Shown in pieces: positions 1 through 8,578 of a DNA stretch of 64,000 nucleotides. A program made the position numbers and the translations under genes. Positions within the stretch are counted from its first letter, which is position 1, and each line of letters begins with the position of its first letter. The stretch is taken from contig SICL01000005.1 in assembly GCA_009691445.1 (NCBI GenBank), positions 2,446-66,445 of the forward strand. Reading direction: 5' to 3'. Under the pieces are notes generated by a model. It was not told where the DNA came from, searched no databases, and saw nothing but the letters and a program-made list of their open reading frames with translations. Source of the stretch: Candidatus Taenariivivens baikalensis. GTDB lineage: Bacteria > Omnitrophota > Omnitrophia > Omnitrophales > Aquincolibacteriaceae.

Positions 1-724
1 TCGCCCGCTTCATGAGTGCGAAATCTTCCAAGTATTGATCAAAGACATTTTCGTGGCCGCCGATGCGCTGGTGGAGCTCAGCGCGCATTAAAATATACTG
101 GCCGTTGGCAAAAGACAGCCCGGAATCCGGAGAATTGATTTGATCCATCGGAAACCAAAGCCCCATAAATCCCATGATGCAAGGCTGCAGCACATTTTCT
201 AAAAAACCTCCGGTCAGGCATTTGGGCAGAAGAGTCAGGAAGGATAGCTTCCTGGACTCGGCGTGGGAAACCGCCGAAGAGATTGAGCTGGATTGGTGCC
301 GCGTATCCGCGTCCGTAAAAAGATACCAATCCCCTTGGGTCAGATTCATGGCGGAATGAATTGCAAAATTCTTGCCAGTCCAGCCGCTGGGTGTGGGAGA
401 GACGTTGACGTAGCGAATTCTGGCGCCAAAGGACTTCAGAATTTCTTCGGTGGTGTCTGTGGAGCTGTCATTGGCGACGATGATTTCATAATTTTGATAA
501 TCCTGGGCAAGAAGGGATGTCAGGCATTCTCTAATATTGCGTGCTTCGTTTTTAGCCGGGATGATGACTGAGACAAGGGACTGAGGGGCAGGCAGGGACC
601 GTAGGAGGGGATGGATAAAGGGGGCATTTTTAATGGTGGCCATTGCCCGATGGCTTCTCCAAGCCCAAACATAGGCGAGAAAGATAAGATACCAGATTCT
701 GATGTCGGATAAAAAAAAGGTCAT
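1..724 (-). CDS. Glycosyltransferase family 2 (partial, runs off the left edge)
   Basis: Manual translation from ATG at 724: MTFFLSDIRIWYL...VSVIIPAKNEARNIRECL...VANDSSTD...GWTGKNFA...LFTDADT...LEDFAL, typical GT2 motifs. Missing from the ORF track because it is open at the window edge. Confidence 0.9.
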   Translation of the reverse strand, partial: MTFFLSDIRIWYLIFLAYVWAWRSHRAMATIKNAPFIHPLLRSLPAPQSLVSVIIPAKNEARNIRECLTSLLAQDYQNYEIIVANDSSTDTTEEILKSFGARIRYVNVSPTPSGWTGKNFAIHSAMNLTQGDWYLFTDADTRHQSSSISSAVSHAESRKLSFLTLLPKCLTGGFLENVLQPCIMGFMGLWFPMDQINSPDSGLSFANGQYILMRAELHQRIGGHENVFDQYLEDFALMKRA

Positions 725-774
725 GAAACGGATCATAGCATGACATTTTTGAAACGGGTTTGATTTTTGGACAT

Positions 775-810
775 AAAAAAAACCCCTGTCCGTGAGGACA
801 GGGGTCTTTT
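775..810 (-). terminator. Intrinsic terminator downstream of cspA (probably bidirectional)
   Basis: Perfect stem ACCCCTGTCC-gtga-GGACAGGGGT, with an A-tract on the left and a T-tract on the right. Confidence 0.85.
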
Positions 811-822
811 CAGCAAAAACAA

Positions 823-1029
823 TTAACGTGCTTTTACAACGTTAGCTGCTTGATCGCCTTTAGGTCCTTGAACGGTATCGAAGTTGACAATGTCACCTTC
901 GTTTAAGGATTTATATCCTTCGCCCGTAATTGCGGAATGATGAACAAACACATCCTTACCGCCGTTATCGGGAGCGATGAATCCAAATCCCTTTTCGTTA
1001 TTGAACCACTTAACTGTACCTTGTCCCAT
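823..1029 (-). CDS. cspA: Cold-shock protein
   Basis: [18 protein letters not shown]...DVFVHHSAI (RNP1 and RNP2 motifs). Start placed at ATG 1029, with AAAGGA upstream. Confidence 0.97.
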   Translation of the reverse strand: MGQGTVKWFNNEKGFGFIAPDNGGKDVFVHHSAITGEGYKSLNEGDIVNFDTVQGPKGDQAANVVKAR

Positions 1030-1066
1030 AATCAGTTTATCCTTTCTCGTGAATCGACAGCCATAC

Positions 1067-1103
1067 AAAAAAAACCGCAAGCGCTTTATGCTTGCGGTTA
1101 TCC
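1067..1103 (-). terminator. Terminator-like hairpin inside the cspA 5' leader
   Basis: Minus strand AACCGCAAGC...GCTTGCGGTT followed by a long U run, lying between the promoter and the start codon. Confidence 0.6.
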
Positions 1104-1155
1104 AACTTCACTTATAAGAGCTTGGTCGTTCACATGCATTTTTAAAACTGCGAGG

Positions 1156-1184
1156 AGTATATAAACAATCTCTCCGGATGTCAA
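1156..1184 (-). promoter_or_regulatory. Sigma70 promoter of cspA
   Basis: Minus strand TTGACA (1184-1179), 17-bp spacer, TATACT (1161-1156). Confidence 0.8.
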
Positions 1185-1300
1185 CAACCTTTTTAGTTTT
1201 ATTTAAAGGTGAGCTTCCATGATGAGGCCAAAGTATATAACTGAAGACATTGAATCAAGCCTTCGAGGATACAATCGTCAGTGAAAAACGTTCCTAACGA

Positions 1301-1846
1301 CTAGGATTCGTGGGCGCTTTCTAAGGCTGAAAGAACGAGGGAATTGACCTTTAAAGTGCGTTCAAGACTCTTTCTTATCTTCTCTGCAGCTTCCTGAGCG
1401 GTAATCTCAAATACAAAGGCAAGCTCCCTAACCAGTCCTTTCGCGGAACGGTGCAAGGTCTGACGCTTTTTCTGCTCTTTAGCCTGCATCTCATCACGAG
1501 AACAGGAGAGGAGGGACTGAGCTAAGGCCCAAGTCTGATTTTTTTCAGCAAAGACATTGAGGGTGGTGGGTTCGGCTTTTAAAGGCGTTGCGGTGACCTG
1601 CGACCGGGTGAGGTATTCAAGGATGGCATTGGCCTCCTTCAGGGAGACGGGAGTGTGAAAACCCGAGGCATAAACATCATCAGCGCCAATGACGAAACGA
1701 AGCTTCATCTGGCTGAAGAGTTTCGGTACAAGAGCGTAACGAAGCTTCTCTTTACCGGCTTCTTTTTCTTTGATAATTTCCTTGATGCAACAGAGGCCGT
1801 GAACGGAATGATAAAGCAAATCGCCGACTGATAGGGTTTTTGTCAT
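1301..1846 (-). CDS. CarD/CdnL-like transcriptional regulator
   Basis: N-terminus SVGDLLYHSVHGLCCIKEI resembles the CarD F.vGD.VvyP.HGvG.I motif; C-terminal ELA motif; 181 aa. Confidence 0.75.
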   Translation of the reverse strand: MTKTLSVGDLLYHSVHGLCCIKEIIKEKEAGKEKLRYALVPKLFSQMKLRFVIGADDVYASGFHTPVSLKEANAILEYLTRSQVTATPLKAEPTTLNVFAEKNQTWALAQSLLSCSRDEMQAKEQKKRQTLHRSAKGLVRELAFVFEITAQEAAEKIRKSLERTLKVNSLVLSALESAHES

Positions 1847-1992
1847 GCGACAGTATATCCTATGCTGTGAGAAAAAGGGGACTTATTTAAGGGGTTAAGA
1901 AAATGATCATTCTGAGAGCTCTGCTCTGCCGTAGAGAAGCCCTGGCCGACTCATATTGCAGGCGTGCGGGACACGTGCAACCCTTTTTGGCG

Positions 1993-2047
1993 AAGAAGGA
2001 TCTCTCATTAATCAGATTCCTCGATTCTCTCCGCTCACTCGGGATGA
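1993..2047. repeat. Degenerate REP-like palindromic element
   Basis: gaagaaggatctc...agattcctcg...cgctcactcgggatga resembles the GTCATCCTGA...CAGAATGAC element at 46910-46993. Confidence 0.4.
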
Positions 2048-2068
2048 GGCCTCAGTTGTCGGGATAAA

Positions 2069-3352
2069 TTAGCGAGGCCGCAGTTTTCTCAGGACGCCCT
2101 GGAGGGCTTTCTCAAATCCCGTCAGCTCCTCATTAATAGGAAGGTAGGGCATCAGGGGGAGGACCAAAAGAGAGAAAAACGCTGACATCAGAATAAGCAT
2201 TTTCAGGCCCACAAGGGGAAAAAGGAGACCGCCGAGCGCGCTTGAACCCATCAAGCCTAAATTATAAAACGACATGAGGAAGGCAAAAGTCGTGGCCCCG
2301 GCATCTTGGGGGCAAACCTTGGCGGAAAGATTGAGGAGTGCAAGGAAGATAACGGTATTGAGGACGCCAAAAACAAAATTCGAAAGAAGGGCTAATGCCT
2401 TTAAGGCATGCGGGTGCTGGAGAAGATTCGGCAGGAAATAAATACCGTTGAAAAGAATAGCCCCGATGCCTGCAAAGACTGCCCCGATCAGAAACTTTCG
2501 GATTGGAATCCGAAGAATGAATTTTCCAAAAAGAAGGCCTCCCAAAAGCGAGCCGACGCTTGTCACGGCTTGAAGAATTCCAAAAAAAGAGCCACTGAAT
2601 TTTAGTGTATCCACCGAGTAATAAAAAAAAGGGGAACCAAATGAAGGAGAAAAGTTCCAGAAGAAAAGGAAAAGTGAGATGATCCAGATTTCTTTATTGA
2701 GCAAAAGGTTTTTAACTTTAAAAGTCCGCTGAGGGATGGCGGGTTGCTTTTCTTCTTGAACCCAAAGAGTCGAGACGATGATTGTGATAAGCGGGAACAG
2801 GGCGGTGATAAGGAAAATTCGGTTGTAGGAAAGCAGCCCCTTGCGTGCCAGGTCCGAAACATAACCGCCTCCAACGGCGGTGATGATCATGGCGGCATAG
2901 ACTGAGCACCACTGGATGGATTGAAATTGTCCGGTCAGATTTGACGATTTACCCACATCGATCATGAGACCGTCGATAACGACATCTTGAAACGCATAAC
3001 CCAGATAAGCGATGGAAACGATTCCCAGCAAAATCGGAAAGGTCAAGGTGTGAATCATGGCAAGTCCGATCCAGCTAAACAGCGCTAACCCGGAGGTGAT
3101 CAGAAGATAGGGTTTTCTTTTGAATCCTCCGATAGGAAACGAGTCGGAGATGAAACCCCAGAAGGGTTTGACGACCCACGCTAAAAGAGTGAGGGCTTGA
3201 AAATAGGCTAATCCAGCGGCGCTTAAGTGCATTCGGTCTTTTAGAATAAAGTTGATCGAAAGGTTTGGCAGACCGGCTAGTCCGTTGAGGGAAAAAAAAT
3301 AAACGACGGCAAAGACGGCGGACAGACGAACGAATTTTTTATTCATGGCCAT
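2069..3352 (-). CDS. MFS transporter, folate-biopterin (BT1/FBT) family
   Basis: About 12 TM segments; AWVVKPFWGFISDSFPIGGFKRKPY and AFQDVVIDGLM are BT1-type motifs. Confidence 0.85.
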   Translation of the reverse strand: MAMNKKFVRLSAVFAVVYFFSLNGLAGLPNLSINFILKDRMHLSAAGLAYFQALTLLAWVVKPFWGFISDSFPIGGFKRKPYLLITSGLALFSWIGLAMIHTLTFPILLGIVSIAYLGYAFQDVVIDGLMIDVGKSSNLTGQFQSIQWCSVYAAMIITAVGGGYVSDLARKGLLSYNRIFLITALFPLITIIVSTLWVQEEKQPAIPQRTFKVKNLLLNKEIWIISLFLFFWNFSPSFGSPFFYYSVDTLKFSGSFFGILQAVTSVGSLLGGLLFGKFILRIPIRKFLIGAVFAGIGAILFNGIYFLPNLLQHPHALKALALLSNFVFGVLNTVIFLALLNLSAKVCPQDAGATTFAFLMSFYNLGLMGSSALGGLLFPLVGLKMLILMSAFFSLLVLPLMPYLPINEELTGFEKALQGVLRKLRPR

Positions 3353-3382
3353 CCGGAAAGAACAGGCGATAAGTTTAAAATA

Positions 3383-3430
3383 AAACAGGACACAGGCCGT
3401 TGATTACGGACCTGTGCCCTATTTTGTTTT
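3383..3430. terminator. Probable intrinsic terminator
   Basis: Imperfect stem AGGACACAGGCCGT...ACGGACCTGTGCCCT flanked by A and T tracts, downstream of 3444..3818(-). Confidence 0.55.
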
Positions 3431-3443
3431 GACACGAGCTTTG

Positions 3444-3818
3444 TTAGTTAGACTTTTTTTCTGTAGATCCGCTTTCAGCAGCAACATTCGTGTTTGTCGA
3501 GGTGGTATCCAATGCTTCATCGGGCGCTTGAAGGTCAGGATCATATTCATCCGAAGGATTATACTCTTCCTGATCGTCTTGATCTTCGTCGTCCATGTCG
3601 TCATCTCCGTCCGTGATTTCGTCATCTGCGGCGGCGTATTTGTCCAGGTTCTCATCATATTCCATGTCAGACAGCTTAGGCGAGGCGTCCTTGTCTTCTG
3701 AAAGCTTTGCTCCATTATCTTTGCCCGGCTCTTCTCCGGCGTAGGAGAAAACAGGATGAATGCCCAAGGTTATCATTAAAAAAAGGATTCCGAGCAGCAG
3801 CCTCTGTAAAGTTCGCAT
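3444..3818 (-). CDS. Secreted, highly acidic hypothetical protein
   Basis: RBS AGGAG, signal-peptide-like N-terminus, D/E-rich low-complexity body. Confidence 0.7.
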   Translation of the reverse strand: MRTLQRLLLGILFLMITLGIHPVFSYAGEEPGKDNGAKLSEDKDASPKLSDMEYDENLDKYAAADDEITDGDDDMDDEDQDDQEEYNPSDEYDPDLQAPDEALDTTSTNTNVAAESGSTEKKSN

Positions 3819-4049
3819 AAAAACACTCCTTTTAATTGGTGAGATAAGACATTTGGTAGGTCATTGTAATGGGTATGGGCTTTTGACTCAATATCGATTT
3901 TGAAGAAGACAAGTTGCGGAGAGACACCCGAACATGATTCTCTTTGACGTGTATCTCATTCGAGGTGACAATACCAAAACAATCAGGGCTGTGTTTGTTT
4001 TAATTTAAGACAGAAGAAAAATAACACCGGGGAAATAAAAATAAATTTC

Positions 4050-5057
4050 ATGCGAATTTTTTTTAAAAACTTTGCAATTATTTTCATTTCTTTGGGACTC
4101 GCAGGGCTTCCGGCCGAAGCCCTTTACCGCGCTTTCAAAGTAAATCTGTACAAGAGGGCTTGTTCCAAACCCACCACGGACGGTGATATTTACATGCTTC
4201 AGCCGGGGCAGGGATTTGTCTATTCTCTCCGACCTTTCTTGAATCGGGATCACGTCCGTGGCCGAAAGGAAACTCCGTGGTCGTTTACAACAAATTCACA
4301 CGGATTCCGTGGCCCTGAAATTGGCAGGAAACAGCAGGGTTCAGAGCGTCTTCTGATTCTGGGTGATTCCAATACTTTTGGATGGGCCGAGAGCTATAAA
4401 AAAACATTCCCCTATTTGCTTTCAAAAAAAACGGGAACGGGAGCGCTCATAGAAGTCATTAATGCCGGAATTCCGGGGTACAACACGGTGCAGGAGTTTT
4501 CTTTACTCCGTGAAATTCACGACAAGATTTTGCCGGACAAAGTGATTCTTGTTTTTTCCACGAATGATGCTGAGCCTCAGCACACAGTGCCTTCCGATCC
4601 GCATGAAATTTACCGGTTTGTCCCTTCCTGGCTTTGGGAAGACCTTAAGGAGGCTGTGAATCAAAACCTGCTTCCCGGGGACCCTTTGCCGGTCTATCAA
4701 TATCGGCATAGCGCGGATTATCTGGCCCAGTTTGAATTTAACAGACACAAGCGGGAAGAATGCCGCAAGGCGATGGATCAGATGGCTGCTTTTTGCCAAA
4801 GCCGTAAGATTCCTTTTTATGTTTTTATTCCGCCGGACTTTAATGAGACGATTGATGCTTCCTACCGTGCTGCCTCAATTCATAAACAGGTGAGCGAGTG
4901 GGGAAGGGATTCGGGATTCAAGGTGACGGATCTTTTACCGGAATTTCTGGGTCTTCAGCGCGAAGATCTCAGAGTTGCCGGCGATGGGCATCCCAATGCC
5001 AAAGCACATGAATTGATTGCGAATAGAATTCACGAGGTTTTACTCGCAGACAAGTGA
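4050..5057 (+). CDS. SGNH/GDSL hydrolase family protein
   Basis: LGDSNTFG, NAGIPGY, NDA and DGHPN blocks; N-terminal membrane anchor. Confidence 0.9.
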   Translation: MRIFFKNFAIIFISLGLAGLPAEALYRAFKVNLYKRACSKPTTDGDIYMLQPGQGFVYSLRPFLNRDHVRGRKETPWSFTTNSHGFRGPEIGRKQQGSERLLILGDSNTFGWAESYKKTFPYLLSKKTGTGALIEVINAGIPGYNTVQEFSLLREIHDKILPDKVILVFSTNDAEPQHTVPSDPHEIYRFVPSWLWEDLKEAVNQNLLPGDPLPVYQYRHSADYLAQFEFNRHKREECRKAMDQMAAFCQSRKIPFYVFIPPDFNETIDASYRAASIHKQVSEWGRDSGFKVTDLLPEFLGLQREDLRVAGDGHPNAKAHELIANRIHEVLLADK

Positions 5058-5062
5058 TTAAA

Positions 5063-5102
5063 ATAAAAATTGCCAAGATCCGATGATCTTGGCAATTTTT
5101 AT
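5063..5102. terminator. Bidirectional intrinsic terminator
   Basis: Perfect 18-bp inverted repeat ATAAAAATTGCCAAGATC-cgat-GATCTTGGCAATTTTTAT between the convergent SGNH gene and tRNA. Confidence 0.85.
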
Positions 5103-5184
5103 GGTCGGGGCGTCCGTTACTAAAGCTTTGGCGACCTGTCCGCCAACGAATTAATGGCGGACGATAACCAGTATGCAAAATTCA

Positions 5185-5259
5185 TCGGGGCGAAAGGATT
5201 TGAACCTTCGACCCCCTGCACCCCAAGCAGGTGCGCTAGCCAGGCTGCGCTACGCCCCG
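5185..5259 (-). tRNA. tRNA-Pro (anticodon GGG)
   Basis: CGGGGCGTAGCGCAGCCTGGCTAGCGCACCTGCTTGGGGTGCAGGGGGTCGAAGGTTCAAATCCTTTCGCCCCGA folds into a cloverleaf; CCA is not encoded immediately after it. Confidence 0.95.
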
Positions 5260-5458
5260 ACGAATTTTGCGGACAACAACCTATCAATCAATTGATTTTA
5301 AGAGCCCAAAGTCTAACAAATTATTTTCTGATTGTCACTCCTGATTAAACACGGATCAAATTTGCTCTGTCCGCGCTTTACAAAATCCGGTGCTCCTGCT
5401 ACTCTTTCGCTTCCGAACTCACTGATATCGATTGTTAATCCTGTTGATCGAGAGTTGA

Positions 5459-5779
5459 ATGATGATGAATAAAAGCAGCCTTCTTACTGTTCTTGCGCGC
5501 CTTCAAGCTAAGCCTGGGAAAGAATCAGAGCTGAGGCAAGCCCTTTTAGGTTTAATCAATCCTACGCGTTTGGAACCGGGCTGTGTACGCTATGATCTTC
5601 ATGAGTCCAATGAGAAACCGGGACTTTTTTTCTTTTATGAAATCTGGAAAAGCTCGCAGGCTCTCGCTCAGCATTTTGAAACGCATCATCTTCGGGACAT
5701 GCAAAAAAAAGCGCCTGAACTTTTGTCGGAGCCGCTTGACCTCCAGTATCTTTCCATGATCAGCCCGGCAAAAGAATAA
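5459..5779 (+). CDS. Antibiotic biosynthesis monooxygenase (ABM) family protein
   Basis: AKPGKE...TRLEPGCVRYDLH...FFFYEIWKS..AL..H motif. Confidence 0.9.
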   Translation: MMMNKSSLLTVLARLQAKPGKESELRQALLGLINPTRLEPGCVRYDLHESNEKPGLFFFYEIWKSSQALAQHFETHHLRDMQKKAPELLSEPLDLQYLSMISPAKE

Positions 5780-5794
5780 AGGGAAAGACGGAGT

Positions 5795-5983
5795 ATGATT
5801 GAAGAAGATTATCCATTCCCGTGCCCGCATTGCGGAGTGGATCTTAGCACCCGGCTTGACAAGAGTGGCGGTTCGAAACAGAAGTTTGTCCAGGACTGCG
5901 AAGTGTGCTGCAGGCCGATTCAAATCGAGGTCTGGTTTAAAGGCGATGAGGTCATTTACTTTTCTGCCGAAGTTGGCGAATAG
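5795..5983 (+). CDS. CPXCG motif-containing cysteine-rich protein
   Basis: CPHCG...D.SGG..Q.FVQDCEVCCRPI. Confidence 0.9.
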   Translation: MIEEDYPFPCPHCGVDLSTRLDKSGGSKQKFVQDCEVCCRPIQIEVWFKGDEVIYFSAEVGE

Positions 5984-5992
5984 GATCAAATT

Positions 5993-6205
5993 ATGAACGA
6001 GATTCGTTTCACACTCACGACTGAATTCATTGAACTCTTTAAGCTTTTGAAAATCACCGGTCTTTGCGAAAGCGGCGGCTCGGCCAAATATGCGGTCTCC
6101 GAATCACTTGTCCAGGTGGACGGCAAGGTTGAGCTACGCAAAGCTTTCAAAGTGCGCACGGGCATGCGAATCGATTTTTCAGGGCAGTGCATCTTCGTGG
6201 ATTGA
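5993..6205 (+). CDS. RNA-binding S4 domain protein (YbcJ/YaaA-like)
   Basis: EFIELFKLLKITGLCESGGSAK...VQVDGKVELRK. Confidence 0.9.
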   Translation: MNEIRFTLTTEFIELFKLLKITGLCESGGSAKYAVSESLVQVDGKVELRKAFKVRTGMRIDFSGQCIFVD

Positions 6206-6216
6206 TTTTTCTTTTT

Positions 6217-6245
6217 TTGACTCTTGACCCAAGATCGTTCATAAT
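6217..6245 (+). promoter_or_regulatory. Probable sigma70 promoter of uup
   Basis: TTGACT, 17-bp spacer, CATAAT. Confidence 0.5.
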
Positions 6246-6342
6246 CCGGCCCGCCACTAAAGCATTGGCGGGCAGGTCCGCGTCCCTCGAATCTTCCAGG
6301 TTTGATGAAGCGTTCTAAATCATTCTATTTTAAGGAAACCAA

Positions 6343-8253
6343 ATGGCACTTATCAGTTTGCAGGATATTTCACTTGCGATGGGCGGACCGCTTCTTTTTG
6401 ATCAGATGAATCTCCAGCTGGAGCAGGGAGAGCGCGTAGCCCTGCTGGGCCGTAATGGCGTTGGCAAGACTACATTAATGAGAGTGATGTCCGGCCAGCT
6501 CAAAGTTGATTCTGGCGAAGTGGTGTATCAACGGGGAATCCGCGTCACGCATCTGGCGCAGGAAGTTCCGGCGGACATCACCGGCACGGTCTTTGATGTG
6601 GTGCTCTCGGGTCTTGGAGACCGCGTCAAACTTTTGAGCGATTATCATCACGTCAATCACCGCCTTCAAACCGAATACTCCGATCAGCTCATGCGGCAAC
6701 TGGGAGCTTTACATGAGGAAATGGATCATCACAATGCGTGGGAGACCAACAGTCAGGTTGAGGATGTGATTGCTCACATGAAGCTTGATCCGGAAAGCAA
6801 TTTCGAAGAATTGTCCGGAGGTCAAAAGAAACGTGCGCTTTTAGCCAAGGCACTGGTTCTGAAACCTGAAATCCTGCTTCTGGATGAACCGACCAATCAT
6901 CTGGATATTGATTCCATTGACTGGCTGGAAGGTTTTTTAAAGGAATATCCGGGCACGATTTTTTTTGTGACGCATGACCGCACGTTCATGACGCATCTGG
7001 CTACGAGAATCACGGAACTCGACCGCGGCAAACTTTTCAGCTGGACCTGCGATTATCCGACCTTTCTGGAACGCAAGCAGGCGGCTTTAGATGCCGAGGC
7101 TGTGGCGCGCGCGCTCTTTGATAAAAAACTGGCGCAGGAAGAAGTCTGGATCCGCCAGGGCATCAAGGCACGGCGTACGCGCAATCAGGGTCGCGTGGTG
7201 GCGCTTGAAAAACTGAGAATTCAAAAGAAAGAACAGCGCCAGTTGATGGGTAAAGTGAAGATGCAAGTCCAGGAGGCTGACCGTTCAGGCCAGCTTGTGA
7301 GCAAGGCCGAGCATCTCAGTCACGCGTACGGAGAGAAACGGCTGATCCGGAATTTCACCGGTGAGATTATGCGCGGGGACAAGATCGGCGTCATTGGGCC
7401 CAATGGAAGCGGAAAAACCACATTGCTCCGGATTCTTCTGGGAGAAATCCAGCCGCAAAAAGGAACCGTGCGTCTTGGCACCAATCTCCAGATTGCGTAT
7501 TACGATCAGCTGCGCGAACAACTGGATGAAAACAAATCCGTGATTGAAAATATCTGTGACGGTGGAGACACGGTCCTGGTTCAGGGAAAGCCGCGCAATG
7601 TCATCGGTTATCTCCAGGATTTTCTTTTTGCTCCGGAACGCGCCCGTACTCCGGTCAAGGTTTTGTCCGGCGGAGAACGTAACCGCCTTTTTCTCGCGCG
7701 GCTTTTTGCCAAGCCTTCGAATTTACTCGTAATGGATGAACCGACCAATGATCTGGATGTCGAAACACTGGAACTTCTGGAAGAACTGCTTATTGATTAT
7801 TCAGGGACACTGCTTTTGGTCAGTCATGATCGTTCGTTTCTCAATAATGTGGTGACGTCCACGATTGTTCTGGAGGGGGACGGCGCGGTCTATGAATATG
7901 CCGGCGGATATGATGATTGGCTCATGCAGCGTCGGGGAAAAAGTGAGATGATGAAGCTCCCGGAGACAACAGTGATCAAAAAAAAGCCGGAACCTCCCAA
8001 ACCTTCTTCCGCGGCAAAAACGGAAAAGTTTTCGCCTCAGGACCAGCGCGAACTAACAAAAATCCCCGGTGAGATTGAAAAACTTGAGGCAGAGCAGGTC
8101 AAACTTTACAGCGTGATGTCCGATCCCTCCTTTTATCAAAAAAACTCCACTGAAATGTCCCAAACTCAGTCCCAAGCCGATGCCCTCGCTCAAAAACTCA
8201 TGACTTTCTATCAGCGCTGGGAACACCTTGAAGCCCTGAAAAAACAGGGATGA
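6343..8253 (+). CDS. uup: ABC-F family ATPase Uup
   Basis: Two ABC cassettes (GRNGVGKT and GPNGSGKT, LSGG, DEPTN), linker WIRQGIKARRTRNQGRV, C-terminal coiled coil ending RWEHLE. Confidence 0.93.
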   Translation: MALISLQDISLAMGGPLLFDQMNLQLEQGERVALLGRNGVGKTTLMRVMSGQLKVDSGEVVYQRGIRVTHLAQEVPADITGTVFDVVLSGLGDRVKLLSDYHHVNHRLQTEYSDQLMRQLGALHEEMDHHNAWETNSQVEDVIAHMKLDPESNFEELSGGQKKRALLAKALVLKPEILLLDEPTNHLDIDSIDWLEGFLKEYPGTIFFVTHDRTFMTHLATRITELDRGKLFSWTCDYPTFLERKQAALDAEAVARALFDKKLAQEEVWIRQGIKARRTRNQGRVVALEKLRIQKKEQRQLMGKVKMQVQEADRSGQLVSKAEHLSHAYGEKRLIRNFTGEIMRGDKIGVIGPNGSGKTTLLRILLGEIQPQKGTVRLGTNLQIAYYDQLREQLDENKSVIENICDGGDTVLVQGKPRNVIGYLQDFLFAPERARTPVKVLSGGERNRLFLARLFAKPSNLLVMDEPTNDLDVETLELLEELLIDYSGTLLLVSHDRSFLNNVVTSTIVLEGDGAVYEYAGGYDDWLMQRRGKSEMMKLPETTVIKKKPEPPKPSSAAKTEKFSPQDQRELTKIPGEIEKLEAEQVKLYSVMSDPSFYQKNSTEMSQTQSQADALAQKLMTFYQRWEHLEALKKQG

Positions 8254-8301
8254 GGCGCGAGTTTGATGGGATTTAAGGTTTGAGTTTTTTAAAGTAATGG
8301 T

Positions 8302-8511
8302 TTGAAATCCTCACAGGTCATTCTCAGCACGTTTGTTGAATTCGAGATCAGAAAAGCCGCTAAGGCTTTTCCGGCCCTGATTTTGACGGGGCCGCGGCGT
8401 TCTGGGAAAACAACGCTGCTTCGCCGCGTCTTTCCCAAGGCTTCCTATTTCTTTTTTGAAGACCCTGATCTGGTTTCGCGCTTTCGCTCTGACCCGCTCG
8501 CAGTTTTTTAA
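8302..8511 (+). pseudogene. N-terminal remnant of an AAA_14/DUF4143-type ATPase
   Basis: FPALILTGPRRSGKTTLL...DP matches the start of these ~400-aa ATPases but stops at 69 aa. Confidence 0.7.
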
Positions 8512-8578
8512 AAAGGCGTTTAACTAAGAGCTTCTTTACTTTCATAAATGACAAAATGCCCTTATACTACCGCGCAAT

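Noticed and set aside
3419-3715. Alternative-frame Met/Thr-rich ORF
   Set aside because: Frame-shifted reading of the acidic protein gene, which has the RBS and signal peptide.
5102-5259. tRNA-anchored prophage or integrative island
   Set aside because: The duplicated 3' end is only ~80 bp away and there is no integrase or phage gene nearby; kept only as a small scar finding.
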